Shown: positions 38,161 through 51,287 of the stretch, in pieces
Layout of the letters: each line of letters opens with the position of its first letter
How positions within the stretch are numbered: position 1 is the first letter of the stretch
NCBI GenBank assembly: GCA_003427395.1
Contig: BFEA01000007.1
Span: forward strand, 6,550,439 to 6,614,438
Length of the DNA: 64,000 nt
DNA from: Chara braunii
Lineage: Eukaryota > Plantae > Charophyceae
Reading direction: 5' to 3'
Program-made: the position numbers and the translations under genes
The notes under the pieces: generated by a model
Told to the model about the DNA's origin: nothing
Seen by the model: the letters and a program-made list of their open reading frames with translations, nothing else
Database searches by the model: none

Positions 38161-38277
38161 AGTAGTGTATATTCCCAAGTTCACACACGCAAGTATTCGT
38201 TTATGCTCTTCCCATCGATCGAAGTACCACACGATCAACTGCGCGATTGAAGCATGCTCACACACACGCATGTACAC

Positions 38278-39190
38278 ACGCTCTAACCTACATATACACA
38301 CCCGCACACAGAGTCGAGCAAAACAAGTGCGGCAGTGTACATTTCCATATTCTAGCACCATACACATTCAATTTTGCCCATCCTATCGATGGAAAACTGT
38401 CCTTCATATGGTAAGTAGCGTTGCAGGGTCGTGGCAACCTGCGTCGTCGATGCATGGTGCCATTCGGATTGCAAGGAGTGCAGACCCTCCTCACTCAATC
38501 ACAACACCTCCCAACGGTTCCCAAGTTGCGGGGACAAATAGGACTATGTTGACGATGACTACAACGACGACAACGACGACGACTACAACGACGACAACGA
38601 CGACGACTACGATGATGCTGAAGGAGAGAATGAGCAGGTAAGTATCTTATCTCACGACCTACCTATTATACTTCTTTATGATAGGATGAAAGAAAAAGGA
38701 ACGAATTTACCGCTAAACTACAAAAAGGTTCACTACCATTATGAGTATATGTGTATATGTGTTTGCGTGTGAACCCCGCGGCTGGATCGTGCCACTCCCC
38801 TCAATAGGATGAACAAAATCGAGTGGATCTGCCCAAAGAATACGAGAATATACACTACTAGCGTGCGCGTGTATGAGTGCGCATGTGTATGTGTATGTGT
38901 GAGTGTGTATCAGAGAGAAAGGGGTAGGGGAAAGGGAGCTGTTGAAAGCGGCTGCATGACTAGTCCGAAGCAAGGAGAGAAGAAGCGAGGGTGCAAGCAA
39001 CGAGGAGAACGTAGATATGGAGGATAGAGTGGCAGCACGGTGCACAAACCGAGGGGGATGGAGAAGGGGACCTTGCTAGGGAGAACGAAGGAACAAAGGA
39101 GAAGGAACGAAGAAGGTCTGAAGGCGACATACCTGTTATCGCGTGGGTTTCAGAGAGGGCGATTGCGGCTTGTGGGGGTGTTGACTTCCT
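38278..39190. repeat. Paralog of 5549-6467 with an internal inversion
   Basis: Direct block followed by an inverted block, junction at 38516/38517. Confidence 0.85.
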
Positions 39191-39199
39191 GAGTCACAT

Positions 39200-42100
39200 G
39201 TGATTTTGTACGAGGCAGAGGATGAGGAAAGAACCACCAGAATCGGCATCCCTGTTTGTTTAAGTCGCATAATAACCAGTGGAGGTGTCACCTGCGGTAG
39301 GGAAACCCGCCAGATTCAGGGGCCCTTTACGTAGCTTGTTATGTGTTGCGAATGGTCTAAAGCGCGACAGTGATTTCCTTGATGGAGGAGATTAAGTTTT
39401 AACTAATAACCAGTGGGAGTGTCGTCTGCGGCAGGGAAAACCCACCTGATTTTGGGGACCCTCCAATCGGCTTAAAGTGGCGTTGTCAAATTAGTGTGAA
39501 ATAAGTGAGTTTTATTTGGAAGAAGATTATGAGAGTTTGCTCACTGAGCAAAGCTTATGGGTGAGATTGACAAAGTGTGTGACGAAAGCGAAGAACCCTG
39601 CCCGTAAAGGTAGTATTTATGAGCAAAAGGGATGATTTTCTTTTATTTTGAAAACTTAGTGAATACCCCCACCCATCTGTTTGATAAATAACTAAAATGA
39701 GTGGCTTTTGAGTGACAGTAATGGCTTGTGGGATTGGGCTTAATAGGGCTCTACCCATAAGGCACATTTGTGGTATGTGTGATGGGGTCAAACACCCTAA
39801 TCTTCTAGATTAGCTAAAAGATTTAGGTGTCTGATTAGACCCCACAATGGGTGTCCCTTTAAGGAAGAGCTCGAAAAGGAGTGTATAGATCAATTGAAAT
39901 TGAGTAACTGATGTGTGAAAAGAAAAAAAATTAAATAAAGATTGAGATCCTGAAATTTGACCCACCACTGAGTCTGAGTTTTAGCTAGTAGTAGGGTGAT
40001 CACGGTGTCCGACACGGCAAAGTATCGTTTAAAAAGACCGGACGTGATGTAATCTTAAGTTTAGCTTGGATGACTTCATGTCCGGAATTATAGCTGGTGG
40101 AAAGTGGTTTTATCCACCTTGTTGAATTAGAGGTTGAACCGTGTTCGTGACTAGCCGATTATTCGGCTACTGTAGATGTATATTTTGATCAGGAGTTAGA
40201 TGATGTTTCTAACTGTTGATTTTTGTCCGCGTCTTGTGAGGAATCGAGGCTTGGAGTAGATACAACTAAAAGACCGTTTTTTATCAAGTTAAAGACTTGA
40301 GGAAGTTATCGTATACTTTTTCTGAAGATTATGTTTGAGCGGTATTTGGTTTAAGAATCCGTTGCGACGGGGATGTCGCTTAATAAGGTCCGGGCAGGTT
40401 GTCGTACCAAATACCCTTACAAGGGTATTTGGCGTGTTTCCTGCAAATCGTACTGGTGCGGCCTCGTCCACACAACGGCGCGCATACGGGAGGAAGTTTA
40501 AACCCTCGTCAGGGTGGACGGCGCGCTCGGGGTATTGACTGCGAGGCGCAACTAAGCGCAGCAAGGTGTGCATGGCGTCACAGACCGGCAGGACGCGCGA
40601 CGTTCATTCTTACCTTTTGTTTATTTATTTACCTGGTTCTTATTTTCTTTTATAAAATTTGTAGATTGGTGATTAGTTTCGAGACCAACGTCAAAACCGA
40701 CGCGTCTGGCCATCTATTAGATTGTCGGACGTGGGTGACCGTCGCGGCAGACGAGGACCTCGGATGCGCACCTCGCTATACGGGCCCGCGGGTTCAGGAT
40801 GCCAACGAAAGTCTACTACCACGCCGTTGCTGAGAACACGGCGCGGTCGGGGTTTGAGTGTGTAAGTGCACTTGAGGCAAACGGGTCGGTAATGCAGAAT
40901 GCATATGACCTGCGTTTCAGGTCCGGTGTGTATTATATTCGCGGGATTGCCTGAGGTGCTATTACAAACTGTTTTCGTGACTGCGCCGAAGTTATCCCTT
41001 TATAGCATTATAGGGAACCTCGTAGCGGCCACATCCATGCTCAAGCCTCCAACGAAGGAACATGCGGGAGCCTCACCCACCAGCAGGTGCAATACCTGCT
41101 GCAGCAGGTGGGTGATACCGGTCAAAGGCCAGCCGGTAGCACCAAGGTCGGGCTCCTTCGATGGGCCAGTCATTGTTCCCACACTCTGGTCCTCTCCGCC
41201 TATAAGTGTCAGCGGCCTCCGCCTAATGCTACTTGGCGGGGACCAGTGGCATATCTCTAAGTCGCGGGCACTAAGCTCGCCCTTAGACTGCACTCGGATC
41301 GTAAGCTGCAGAGATCGGCAGCAGGGCAAACCGATAGCGTGACGGCCAGGGCGAGCAGAGACCGTAGCCGGGCAAGCAGAGACCGTAGAAGGGTGAGTAG
41401 AGAGCTCAGCGGGGCAGCGCAACAGAGGCAAGGCAGAGCTGCGAGAGCAGACGGCGGACGCAGAAAGAAGGGATGAACCCGAATGGGTTAGTGCGCGGGG
41501 TACATTCGGAGTAGAGGGAGAGCACGAAAATAAGAAACATGTATCTTGCCCGTTCCACAACGAAATCAGGCAAGAAAAGACCACAAGCTGGGGTTATGCA
41601 ACATTGCGAGCACAGTGGCATTGCTAGATTTCGAGCTGAGGGTGCGCCTTTGGCGATGCGGCAAGTCGGAGCTGCGCCTGGTAGGTTGGTATGTGTATGA
41701 TTGAACCTGGTCGGGATGGTGGCCAGGTACCTCTACTTCTTTGAGTGAACATGCAAAGCGGGAGGATGACAGAGAAACAGAAGAGGGCAGAGACTTACCT
41801 ACGCGTGGTGAGTTGTCCACCTCGACGATGAAGTAGCAAAGATGCGAGTGGGAGATCACAGACTTACCTGTTGCTGGCCGAATTTTGCTCACTTTGTGGA
41901 TTGGGAATAGGGTGGAGTCAGCCGTACGATCGAGGGCGTACCTGCAGAATGATGTGTCGTGCCTACGGCCCTTTCGCCTTCGGCCACAGCGTCCGCCTAC
42001 TGCACCACTTGCTCGATTGTTCCCACAACTGCTTCCTCTGAGTTTCGATAGCGGCCCGACCAGCTGGGGCCACTGTTGCGACTAGCAGGCCGGTCGGGAG

Positions 42101-42943
42101 CATGAGGGAGCGAGAGGGAGTGAGCGGCGAGGCTGAGGATCTACCTGCTTGTCGATACGCAACACACCTCGCTATACGGAGTAGCGGGCAACTAACCATG
42201 GGACTGAAGACTCACCCGCTGGCCGATGCGCTGCTTATCACATTGAGCGAGGAAGCTGCAGGCAGACAGTAAGATGCGGGCCTATATGCTGGCCAATACG
42301 TTGTTTCCCGCTGGATAGAGGAACTGCAAGGCGATTCACCTACCTATTTGGTTGAGTCAGCAGAAGTAGCGAGGGGCGGACGTGAGTTGAACATATTCCT
42401 GCTGGCGATGTGTTGCCCATCTCATTGGAGCGGTGGATGCAGCGGGCCAACCACAGAGATAGCAGACTTACCTGCTGGCCGACGTACTCCTCAGTCTGTC
42501 AGACGGGGTAACGTGAGGAGTGGGCCACTGAGCTTGAATGCTAGTGCGGATCAGATTCAGATAGAGCAAGGGATGTACCTAGTACTCAAATGCAACTTTT
42601 TGGACTGCGCTACAGTAGTTGTGGTCGGATGTTGAAACGTTGTGACTTGGAGGGTAACCACGCTCTGCAAACAAGTTGCGGTAAGGGGAGACGACACGAC
42701 GGTTTAGGGAAGTGATCAGACTGCGAAAGAGGGGCGCATTGCTGCGATTTTGAGGACCGTCAGGGGGTTAACGTTTGGCGCTTTGACCTCGGTTTGGTGA
42801 TGTTACTGCACACTTGGCCATCATTGCGGGGCCCTCAGGAGACTGAAGATTACAAGGCCCTCTCCTGGGAGTTGAGTTTGTCCCTCTCTTGTATCTCGAG
42901 CGTCTGAAACCTCACCTTCTGACCTTCTTACTTCAAGTCTAAT

Positions 42944-42986
<43 letters not shown>

Positions 42987-43021
42987 CTGAGAGAAACAGA
43001 GAGATAGAGAGAGNGAGAGNN

Positions 43022-43052
<31 letters not shown>

Positions 43053-43053
43053 N

Positions 43054-43085
<32 letters not shown>

Positions 43086-43500
43086 NAGNNNNNNNGNGNN
43101 NNNNNNNNAGNNAANNCTNNNGANNGNGNNAGNNNGGNNTGCAACCCNTAGGNCCGCAGCAAGACTCTGTGGGGAGTCCACCCACCGATTGCGGGAGCTC
43201 TGCCGGAACTCAGGAGAAGATTTAGAGGCAAGGAATTGAAAGGTAAACGTTTTGGTTTCACCTTTACCTGTATTCCTTGCTATGTTTGACTGAGTATACT
43301 GTGTGCATCCCTACTTTAGCTTTCAGTTTGACATTCAGGACATAAACCAGACTTAATAAAGGAATATATGCTCAATGTCAGTTACAGTTTAATTGTTTGA
43401 CTGAAAGCAGATTGTGGGATTGCATCTGGGGGAAGGATGGGAGGAAAGTTGTTTTGCTTAAATTTGACTGGGTCAACCAAAGGCTGGGAAGGTCCCGCGC
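39200..43500 (+). mobile_element. Ty3/gypsy-like fragment: 3' internal region, with LTR starting at 40400
   Basis: GCGACGGGGATGTCGC hairpin, TAATAAGGTCCGGGCAGGT, then TGTCGTACCAAATACCCTTACAAGGGTATTTGG; ~135-bp tandem duplication at about 39270-39475. Outer limits approximate. Confidence 0.55.
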
Positions 43501-43529
43501 TGCCTTGTGCGGTGCCGGACCGATGCGCT

Positions 43530-46128
43530 CGACAGGGGCTATACGCTCCTTCGCCAAGCAGATGAACCGACAGTGGAAACCATTGCAGCGAAAAGGCTGT
43601 TGAGGTCAATACCAAGGCTCGCACAAATAGGGAAAGCTTGAAATTGCGCTTCCGTCCTGCAATCCTGGAAGCTACCTTGTCTGTCAACAGGGAGTCCCGA
43701 CTTCTAGAGCGGTCCATTAGAAATACTTGGACCCCCATAAAGCGATGAGATGCATTTGAAGGTATTTGTTCCAATCCCCAGTCCCCAGTCCACCTGCAAT
43801 ACCCGGGAAGGGGGGAGAAAAAAAACCGATTTGTCCCAATTTACGGAAGCTTCCGATAAGTCACAATGTCTATCATGGTCCTAAGTTCTTGTAGAGCCAC
43901 AGGGTGATTATCACATGTCACAGTAAGGTCGTCAACAATTACCCCCCCTTTCCATTCTAGTCTGGGGGCGAGTTTCAGACCAACAATGGTTGTGTTGTTT
44001 CTTATATTGTCTTGCTGAATTTCTAACTAGAGAACAAATAAATGGGGGGCTAGTGGGAAACCATGCCTAAGCGAGTGTGTAAGTAAACATTATTCTGACA
44101 GTTTTTCATTAACCATTACTACCGAGGATGCATGTGAGTAACTGGCCGCCACCCATGTACGAACGTCTGGACCATCCCCCATTTTTTGGAGAGTTGTGTG
44201 AACAAAACTTCATCATACCTTGTCGTAGGCCTTCTCCATGTCCAAGAAGAGGACTACAACGTTTATTTTTTCCTTGCTTATTACTTACGGTGCCTGTGTG
44301 GTGGAGAGGATATTATTAAAAATAGACCGTCCTTTGAGGCACCTTGTTCCGAACCAATCAAGTCTGGAGGGAATCCAGCCAAGCGCAAGCCAAAAGTTTT
44401 GGCAAGAGCTTATATGTCACTTTCAACACCGATATTGGTCTCTAGTTGCGGACATGTCGTTCAAGTTTCTCCCCTTTTTCGTACATTAGGGAGATCATTC
44501 CCTTGGTGAAACCCTTGGAGAAGGTCCCCGATTGCAGCGCCTGGTTGTATATCATGCACAGAAAGCGTCCAAAGGTCTCCCACGTGGATAAAAAAAATTA
44601 TATAGGTAGGTCGTCTAAACCAAGGTATTTCCCTTTGGCCATGGCCTTAACTGCAGTCCATAGCTCACGTTCGTCCATAGGTTTGTGCAGTTCTGTAGCC
44701 ATCTCTTGTGAGATGATCTTTGTGATTTTGTCCTTGAATGAGGATGTATGTGACAGGTCACACGGGCGGGGGTCCAGGGGGCGGTGGGTGGAGAAAATTG
44801 TCTCAGTAGTATTCAAAAGCATAGAAACACATTATAGTCGTGTCTGTGGCCAGGGGGCTGTTGCATCAAAGGGGTGTGCTAATTCTTTGCTAAGAAACTT
44901 GGATTGTATAATCAACAGTGATCGAAAACTAAGTTTGGTCATTCTATCATACCCAATTATTCCCCTAAGATTAAGAAATTCGAGCCATTCCTCCTACCTG
45001 TGGATTTTCAATGCTTCTATCTGGGCCAAGGAATGGCTACGGATTTCGGACCAGTGGAAGTCAAAGAAGGGGTCTTTCCCCATTACAGATTTTGCCTGCA
45101 TGATTTGGTTTATCAAAGACTGTTCACATCATTTTCTAGCAGCTGTTTTCATTCGTGAAAAAGTGATGAGCGTTTCCCTTACTATGGTGATGCCCGTGTC
45201 TGCCCATTGCAAGTAGTCTGCTACTAATAGGTCTTCCACTTACATCCAGTTTATCATTTGTTTATTTACCCAGTCGATAACCTTCTGATCCTTTAATAAA
45301 TTGATATTAAGTCTGAAAGGGAGGTGTTCCTACTCAACAGCGTCCCTGGAGACTATGTCCAAAAGGACCGGGTGGTGGTCTGAAATCGAGCTAGGCAACA
45401 GGTCACACCACGTACTACGATCCCACAGACTTCCTCGTACCCGAAAAAAAATATAGTCTTTTCCTTGGGGTTGGGGAGGTGGGTATAGGGGGTGGACCAT
45501 ACCAGGTAAAGCCATTTTCGTGAGGATTAAAGATTCAGAAGACATATGTTAAAGTTTGAGTTTCACAAAAGGAGAATAACAGTCGTGTGTCCTCGCGGAG
45601 GGGTTTGGATGTTAGTGTGTCTAGGCCAAGATTGAAAACGGTGTTCCAATCACCCCCCAGGATCAGGTTCTCTACATAAGGAATCATGTTGGGAAGATCC
45701 CTGATAAAGGTCCAACAGTTGGCGTATTCCAATGGGGCATATATTGACATTACCGCCCGTTCTTCTGTATCCACCAGGAATTTCATCCAGGTCCTGCGAC
45801 CTTCGTTGTCAGTGTATTGATCTATGATAGTTATGTCAAGCTCCTTACTGACTAGTATCACTACACCGCCTCTCGAACCCATTATTGGAGACCAGAGTTG
45901 TGGTTCATCCCACCATTCCCAGATCACCGACCAGAGTTGTGGTCCATCCCACCATTCCCAGATCACCAATAGCTTAATTGAGCTTAGCTTAGTTTTTTGT
46001 AAATAGGCAATCTACACATGTTTTGAATAAAGCCATGATTTAAAACGTGATTTTTTAAGCTTTTGAGTTGTATCCCCAAACCCGCATACATTCCAGGTTA
46101 GAACCCTGATTCCACTGGGTAGAACCAT
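43530..46128 (-). pseudogene. LINE (L1/Tx1-like) ORF2: APE endonuclease plus reverse transcriptase, decayed and 3'-truncated
   Basis: MVLPSGIRVLTWNVCG, YLQKTK, GGVVIL, IYAP, ILGGDWN, SDHHPV (APE); AMAKGKYLGLDDLP, VLFLDMEKAYDKV, LRHGFPLAPHLF, IVDDLT, SVNWDKS, FMGV (RT); many stops and frameshifts. Confidence 0.93.
45890..45967. repeat. 39-bp in-frame tandem duplication within the LINE endonuclease
   Basis: VIWEWWD(G/E)PQLWS x2; one mismatch. Confidence 0.95.
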
Positions 46129-46139
46129 GGCCTGAACCT

Positions 46140-48556
46140 CTGTCGTTTGGGACTTGAATGCGGCCTGAAGCTTTCTTCCTTACTCCCGCCCCCCGCCCCC
46201 CTGGTCCAGCCACACCATTTCAATGGCCAAGGGGGGGGGGTGGACTAATTAATAGTTAGGCTTGCCGCAAAGGTATTAGAAGAAAAGCAATCAACAGCAT
46301 CTGTATGATGAAGCCACATGGCTACCTCCTATGCGAAGAGGTCGTCGGGTAGGCTAATGTCCAATGTATCTAAGGTTGTGTTTACAAAGCATGAAAGCGG
46401 GAGCCAATAGATAATGAGGGATTTCAAATTCTTCATTTCAGATGTCATTGCCCTCAACGTGAGGCAGGCTATGTGCAGCATAACCTTGGAGTCCTTTGTC
46501 GTAGCAGCGATGTGCCGACCCTATGTGATCGTGGAGTGCCTATTTTTTCGTAGCCGCAAGCCACAAATCGTCTGATGGTGGGTTCGTAGTAGGGATCGCC
46601 GGGAGGGACAGTAACTCATGTTTATCTATCTTCATTAAAACCATCGGCCCAAGTGGAGAGGGGGTAATCACTAGGGGGATTAAGTATTCCCTTATGGGAC
46701 CCTTTTCCTTGTCTTCCTTCGTCAAAGTTCGCATTGGTTTTGACCTCTCCACCACAGGTTTAAATGTGCGTGAACTTCCCTACTTGGGGCCCCGACTGCT
46801 TTTTGTAGACAAGGCTTGAGAGTTTTCTTTAATTAGATTTGTCAGCATATTTATTGTTTCCAACATCAACATCGTTATGGGTCGCTGCTTTTTGGATGGC
46901 TTGGTTCTCAGGGGAAGAGGGGTTAGTTTTTCCTTAGTGGAAGAGTCATCCGTCGACTTAGAGGTCAGATTGTGGTTCAACACTGAGCAAAAATCCTCTG
47001 AGTTTGAATCACAGTGGCCCTCTGTTTGAGTTTTCAGACAGATTTTCTTCAGCTGATATAAAGCTTTGACCCCATAATCGGAGTCAACGTCGGTATCTTC
47101 TTGTGACGAAACATAAGTCTCATTTGCAAATATTTTCCGGTTTGGATTACGGAGTCGGACATCCCCTCAGCTAAGTCGTCCATATCGGAGGCATCTTCCT
47201 TAGAAGAGCGGAGGGGGGTTAGCCTCGAGGAAAGATCATGGTACTCATGGAACACTATTTTGTTGCCCTTTACTTTAAATTCTTCAAATGATTCTTCCTC
47301 CGAATTTTTCCCTTTTGTCATCCCTCTTGTGTTTTCCTCTCACAAGGGGAGCAGGATCTTCCTCCATTAATTCTTCTTCATCCTCCGTATTCGCATGTTT
47401 TCCTTTAACTGTTTTTCTCGTATGTCTCACTCTTTCCAACCCTTCACCTACCTTCTCCTCTCCCCTTATTACCTTCTCATCATCTTGCTTTTCCACAGAG
47501 CCCAAGAGTTTTTCCCCACCACTGCCTCTTCCCCCCGACTCACTCCCTTTTTCAGGAACGGAGGTCTTCTCCCCCTTCTCCCTCATCTTTTCTCTCTTTT
47601 ATCCTTCCTTCTCTCTTCACCCTTCTCTTCCCTGTCATCCCTTTTGCCCCATATCTTTTCAACCTCCCCTTTCTCGTCCTCCTTGTCCTTTCTCCCCCCC
47701 CGTTCCTTGGATTTGATTACGTTCATGTACAAATTATTTTCGCAAGAGAAGCAATCAACATCCCTTTCAGAGTGGAAATGTTTTCTGCATGTCGGGCACC
47801 AGGGGGTGTCCGCGCATACCACTTCAATCTCCACATAACCGTCTGCTCCTAAATCCACGACTAAATACCTTTTATAACGCAAGTGTATAACGGATTCCAA
47901 ATCAAACCGGACATTCAGAAGATCAGGAGACAACTTATCTTTGAAAACAGGATACGCTTTGATAAATTCACATCCATATGCGTCACGTACGGCCCTTGGG
48001 AGAAGGCCTAAGACCCCCACCGGAAATTGCTGGCAACGAAGCCAGAAGAACCGGTGTCTTGCGACCTTTCTCTATTCCCACAACTTCTGTTCAATCATCC
48101 ATCGACTGAAGAAGATCTTGTGATTGACATTGTTCACCGATACCTCTATTTAGGCTACACGCCACATCCATTGAGCGATCTTCTTTGTAGGTGCAACATA
48201 TATAATCAAATTTTGTGCCTCATTATGAAACCGGCCCCGTTTAAGAGGGGACGAGGTTTGACCCGATTTTGCCCCACCATTTTTGTAAATTCGAATAATC
48301 CGTTTTTTGACATCAGTGGTGAGAGAAGGAGATTTGTCTTCGAAATGGATGGTGACGGCATGTTCTCGTAACCACTCTGCTTGAATCTTATATAAATCCT
48401 GGTTCCCGAGACTTTAATATAATCGTCCCCCACCACGACCGTTGACGGGGCCAGACGAGGAAGGAGCACTCCATCGAGATAGCACTGCGCAATAATATCA
48501 CGGATCCGAGTTTTCTCCTCTAGCGGAATCAGTGATGGTGGTGCTGTAGTCGCCAT
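46140..48556 (-). pseudogene. LINE ORF1 (gag-like with zinc knuckle and K/E-rich region), decayed
   Basis: Lies directly upstream of ORF2; FFWLRC...NVRFDL...WCPTCRKHFHSERDVDC (C-x2-C-x4-H-x6-C); fragments in several frames. Confidence 0.8.
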
Positions 48557-48670
48557 CGGGCTAGGCTACGACGATGGTACGCAAAGAACTAATAAACATA
48601 TCCTACGTATGATTTATCGTCAAATATAGACGAACGAACCTAATGAATACCTACACTAGTAAATACCTAC

Positions 48671-48973
48671 TTACGATGAAACGTCTAATAAATTAGGACA
48701 ATAATCGCATTTATCCTCCCTAAACGTCAACACCCAGGATAAGAGTGGGGGGAAGGATGTTATACCTGGCATATTGTATTGATGTTGAAGTTCATGTCGT
48801 AAGTCAAAGTCATCGTCCGTAAGCTTCTTGCAACAGAAGGTAGGAAGCGCATTCGCAGAATCCCCGTAGTACCCTGACTGTAAGTCATGCAGTATTTTGA
48901 AACACCTTGGAGGCCGGGATCCACCCTGGTCTGAGATATACCACAATGGGCCCAACGCCATGAGGTTCTCCAT
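48671..48973 (-). CDS. 100-aa ORF upstream of LINE ORF1, unknown function
   Basis: GCCATGG start context, non-repetitive sequence, same strand as the LINE; no recognisable domain. Confidence 0.3.
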   Translation of the reverse strand: MENLMALGPLWYISDQGGSRPPRCFKILHDLQSGYYGDSANALPTFCCKKLTDDDFDLRHELQHQYNMPGITSFPPLLSWVLTFREDKCDYCPNLLDVSS

Positions 48974-49195
48974 GGCGAGAGTGAAGACTCACGCCCTTCC
49001 GTCGTGCTAGGTTACGAAGTAACCCTACCGTCTCCGACAGTGTCCTTCGAAAATTAGCGTTAAAGCAGCGCTAAGCTGCTCCTCCCGTTAGTCTTTCAAA
49101 TTTTCCCATTTGTCGAGTGGTGAGGCGAGTCGCCCTCACTCCCTCTTTCGCCGGAACATAGGATTACGCCGAGGAAGAAGTAAAAAGGTGGATCC

Positions 49196-49268
49196 AGCAA
49201 CCTAGCTCGGTTGGTAAGGCATGCAAGTGGCATTCAGGAGGTCTTGGGTTCAATTTCCATTGACCCCA
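49196..49268 (+). pseudogene. Degenerate tRNA-like sequence (Ala-GGC-like) or SINE head
   Basis: A box TAGCTCGGTTGG and B box GGGTTCAATTTCC at tRNA spacing; TGGCAT loop; acceptor and anticodon stems are broken. Confidence 0.55.
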
Positions 49269-49578
49269 TGTACCTTCCTGGGCAAGCTTAGCGCTCGCCA
49301 CCTAGAGATAGGTCATTGGTCACCCCAAGTCGCATTGAGCAGAGACTGCTGATGTTCCCATCGAAGAAGCTCGGTCTTGATGCTACCGGCTGACCCCTGC
49401 CCGATATCGCACACCTGCTGTAGCAGGTATCACAACTTCTGGTGGGTGCAGGTCCACATGTTCCCTCGTTGAAGGCTTGAGCACGGATGTGGCTGCTACA
49501 GGGTTCCGCGTAATACTATAATAACAATAAGAAAAGGGTTGAAAGTCAGTCTTGTCCAGATTCGACAGGTAATCCTAT

Positions 49579-49965
49579 CCCTTAAGGAGCATTGGCCGCG
49601 GGGAAAGATTGATGGTGCGCTGCGCTCCGAAATCGGGCCAAAGTTTTGGTGCAAGCCAGTGGATGAAGGCAATCGAGGGCGGGGGGGCATGTATAGTGGT
49701 GCGCGTACCGAATTGTTCACGGCGCGCCAACAACCATGAGCGAGCGCCCATGGGGACGGACACCGACGATCGTAGATGCGATGGAATATCTTAAAGCGGC
49801 CGCAGCCGATAAGCGGTCGACGCATACTTTTTTTTTTTTTCAAGTCGTGCGGTAATTCATTTTTTTTTTTTTTTTTTTTTTTTTCCCAAATTTGGTAACG
49901 AATTTCAATATGACCCTGAGGCAAAAGTGTTTCAGTTTATTTTTCTGCATAACATTTTGTTTTTC

Positions 49966-49975
<10 letters not shown>
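49579..49975 (+). mobile_element. piggyBac-like MITE terminal fragment
   Basis: CCCTTAAGGAGCATTGGCCGCGGGG start; inverted paralog of 34100-34360. Confidence 0.5.
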
Positions 49976-50000
<25 letters not shown>

Positions 50001-50950
50001 CCTTACGTGGTCACGGTTTTCACGTCGTCTGCTTCGTGGGCGGGCGTTTGTCGTTCCCCTTCTTTTCTTTTATGGTTTTTTGTGCCTTCGTCATTTTCGG
50101 CTTTTATAGTTTTTTCTTTCTTTTGTTTTGCGTTTTTGTCGCAACCGAGCGTTTGTCGTTCCCCTTCGCGCTTTCGTCGTTTCCCAGTTTTGTGTTTGTG
50201 GCTTTTTTTGTGTGTGTGCTTTTGTTGTTTCCCGCTTTTTTGTGGCAAGATGGCAAAAGGCTGGGGCCGGTTGGGCGGGTGCACGCACCCACCCACAGAC
50301 CCGCCTGCACGCACGCACACACAGACCTGCCTGCACACCCACCCACTTGCCCGCCCCCCATCACATACACCCACACACACACACACACAAATATTAATAT
50401 TATGAAGTTCGTTGCTAATGGTTGTCGTTGGGGTTTGAACCCACGCACACATTTGAGATACACAACTACCTGCTTTGATAACCACACAGGTGAGTTGGGT
50501 TCCTGTTTGGTTTTGGGAATTTTTTTTTTATGAAGTGTATCCAACGTCAGGCAACTGGCAGGTCAGGGTGTGCTTTCCAAGCGCCAAGCTACAGAGTGGT
50601 CCGGGTCCACTTGCCCGGACGGGCCAAAAAGAAATTAAAATATATATATATATATAAATTTTATAAAAATTATTTTTAAATTTAAATTTATAGTTTAAAT
50701 TTGGTAAATAATTTTAATGTGACCCTGAGGCAAAAGTTCTTTCGTTTATTTTTCTGCATGACAAAGTTTTTCTTTTCGGATTTTTTGAATTTTTTTGTTT
50801 GTTTATTTTTTGGCTGGGAACTTCCTTGGTCCTTGCATGGCTGGCCCGCCCGGGAAAATGGGTTGACCCAGGCGGCCCATCTGGTAGCCTAGGATCGTGT
50901 AGATTAGGTTGTGATCTTTACAGGAAAAATATCAAAAAATAAATAAAAAA

Positions 50951-51140
50951 TATTAGACCGTGAAATAAATGTCACCCCGTTTCGTTGCAGTTTTCACTTT
51001 TGTCATTCTGACACGTGTTGGCCAACGGGAAAAGCACCCCAACTTCTGCGATTTTTTGCGGTCAGAAGGATGATTTCACAACTCTGCGAATTGAAGAGCG
51101 TATAAATTTCGTCGTGATCTTTCCACGAAAAGTATTTAAA
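50951..51140 (+). repeat. Diverged dispersed repeat, paralog of 54390-54580
   Basis: ATTAGA(C/T)CGT...TGTCAC...GGCCAACG...CCAACTTC...AA(G/A)TATTTAAAA is colinear in both. Confidence 0.55.
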
Positions 51141-51180
51141 ATATATATATATATATATCGTCACAAACAAAACTGGCCGA

Positions 51181-51270
51181 TAAACCGTAGGCAGAGAGAG
51201 AGAAGAGGACAACAAACGAGGGACTGTGACAAACTGTTTCGTCGGAGTTTCACCGACTCGTCAGGAGGCT
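51181..51270 (-). ncRNA. 5'-truncated hammerhead copy (core, stem II and 3' flank only)
   Basis: 88/90 identical reverse complement of 52093-52182, with core CTGACGA; lacks the cleavage site. Confidence 0.75.
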
Positions 51271-51287
51271 ATATATATATATATATA

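Noticed and set aside
44446-45216. 256-aa plus-strand ORF
   Set aside because: Antisense shadow of LINE ORF2.
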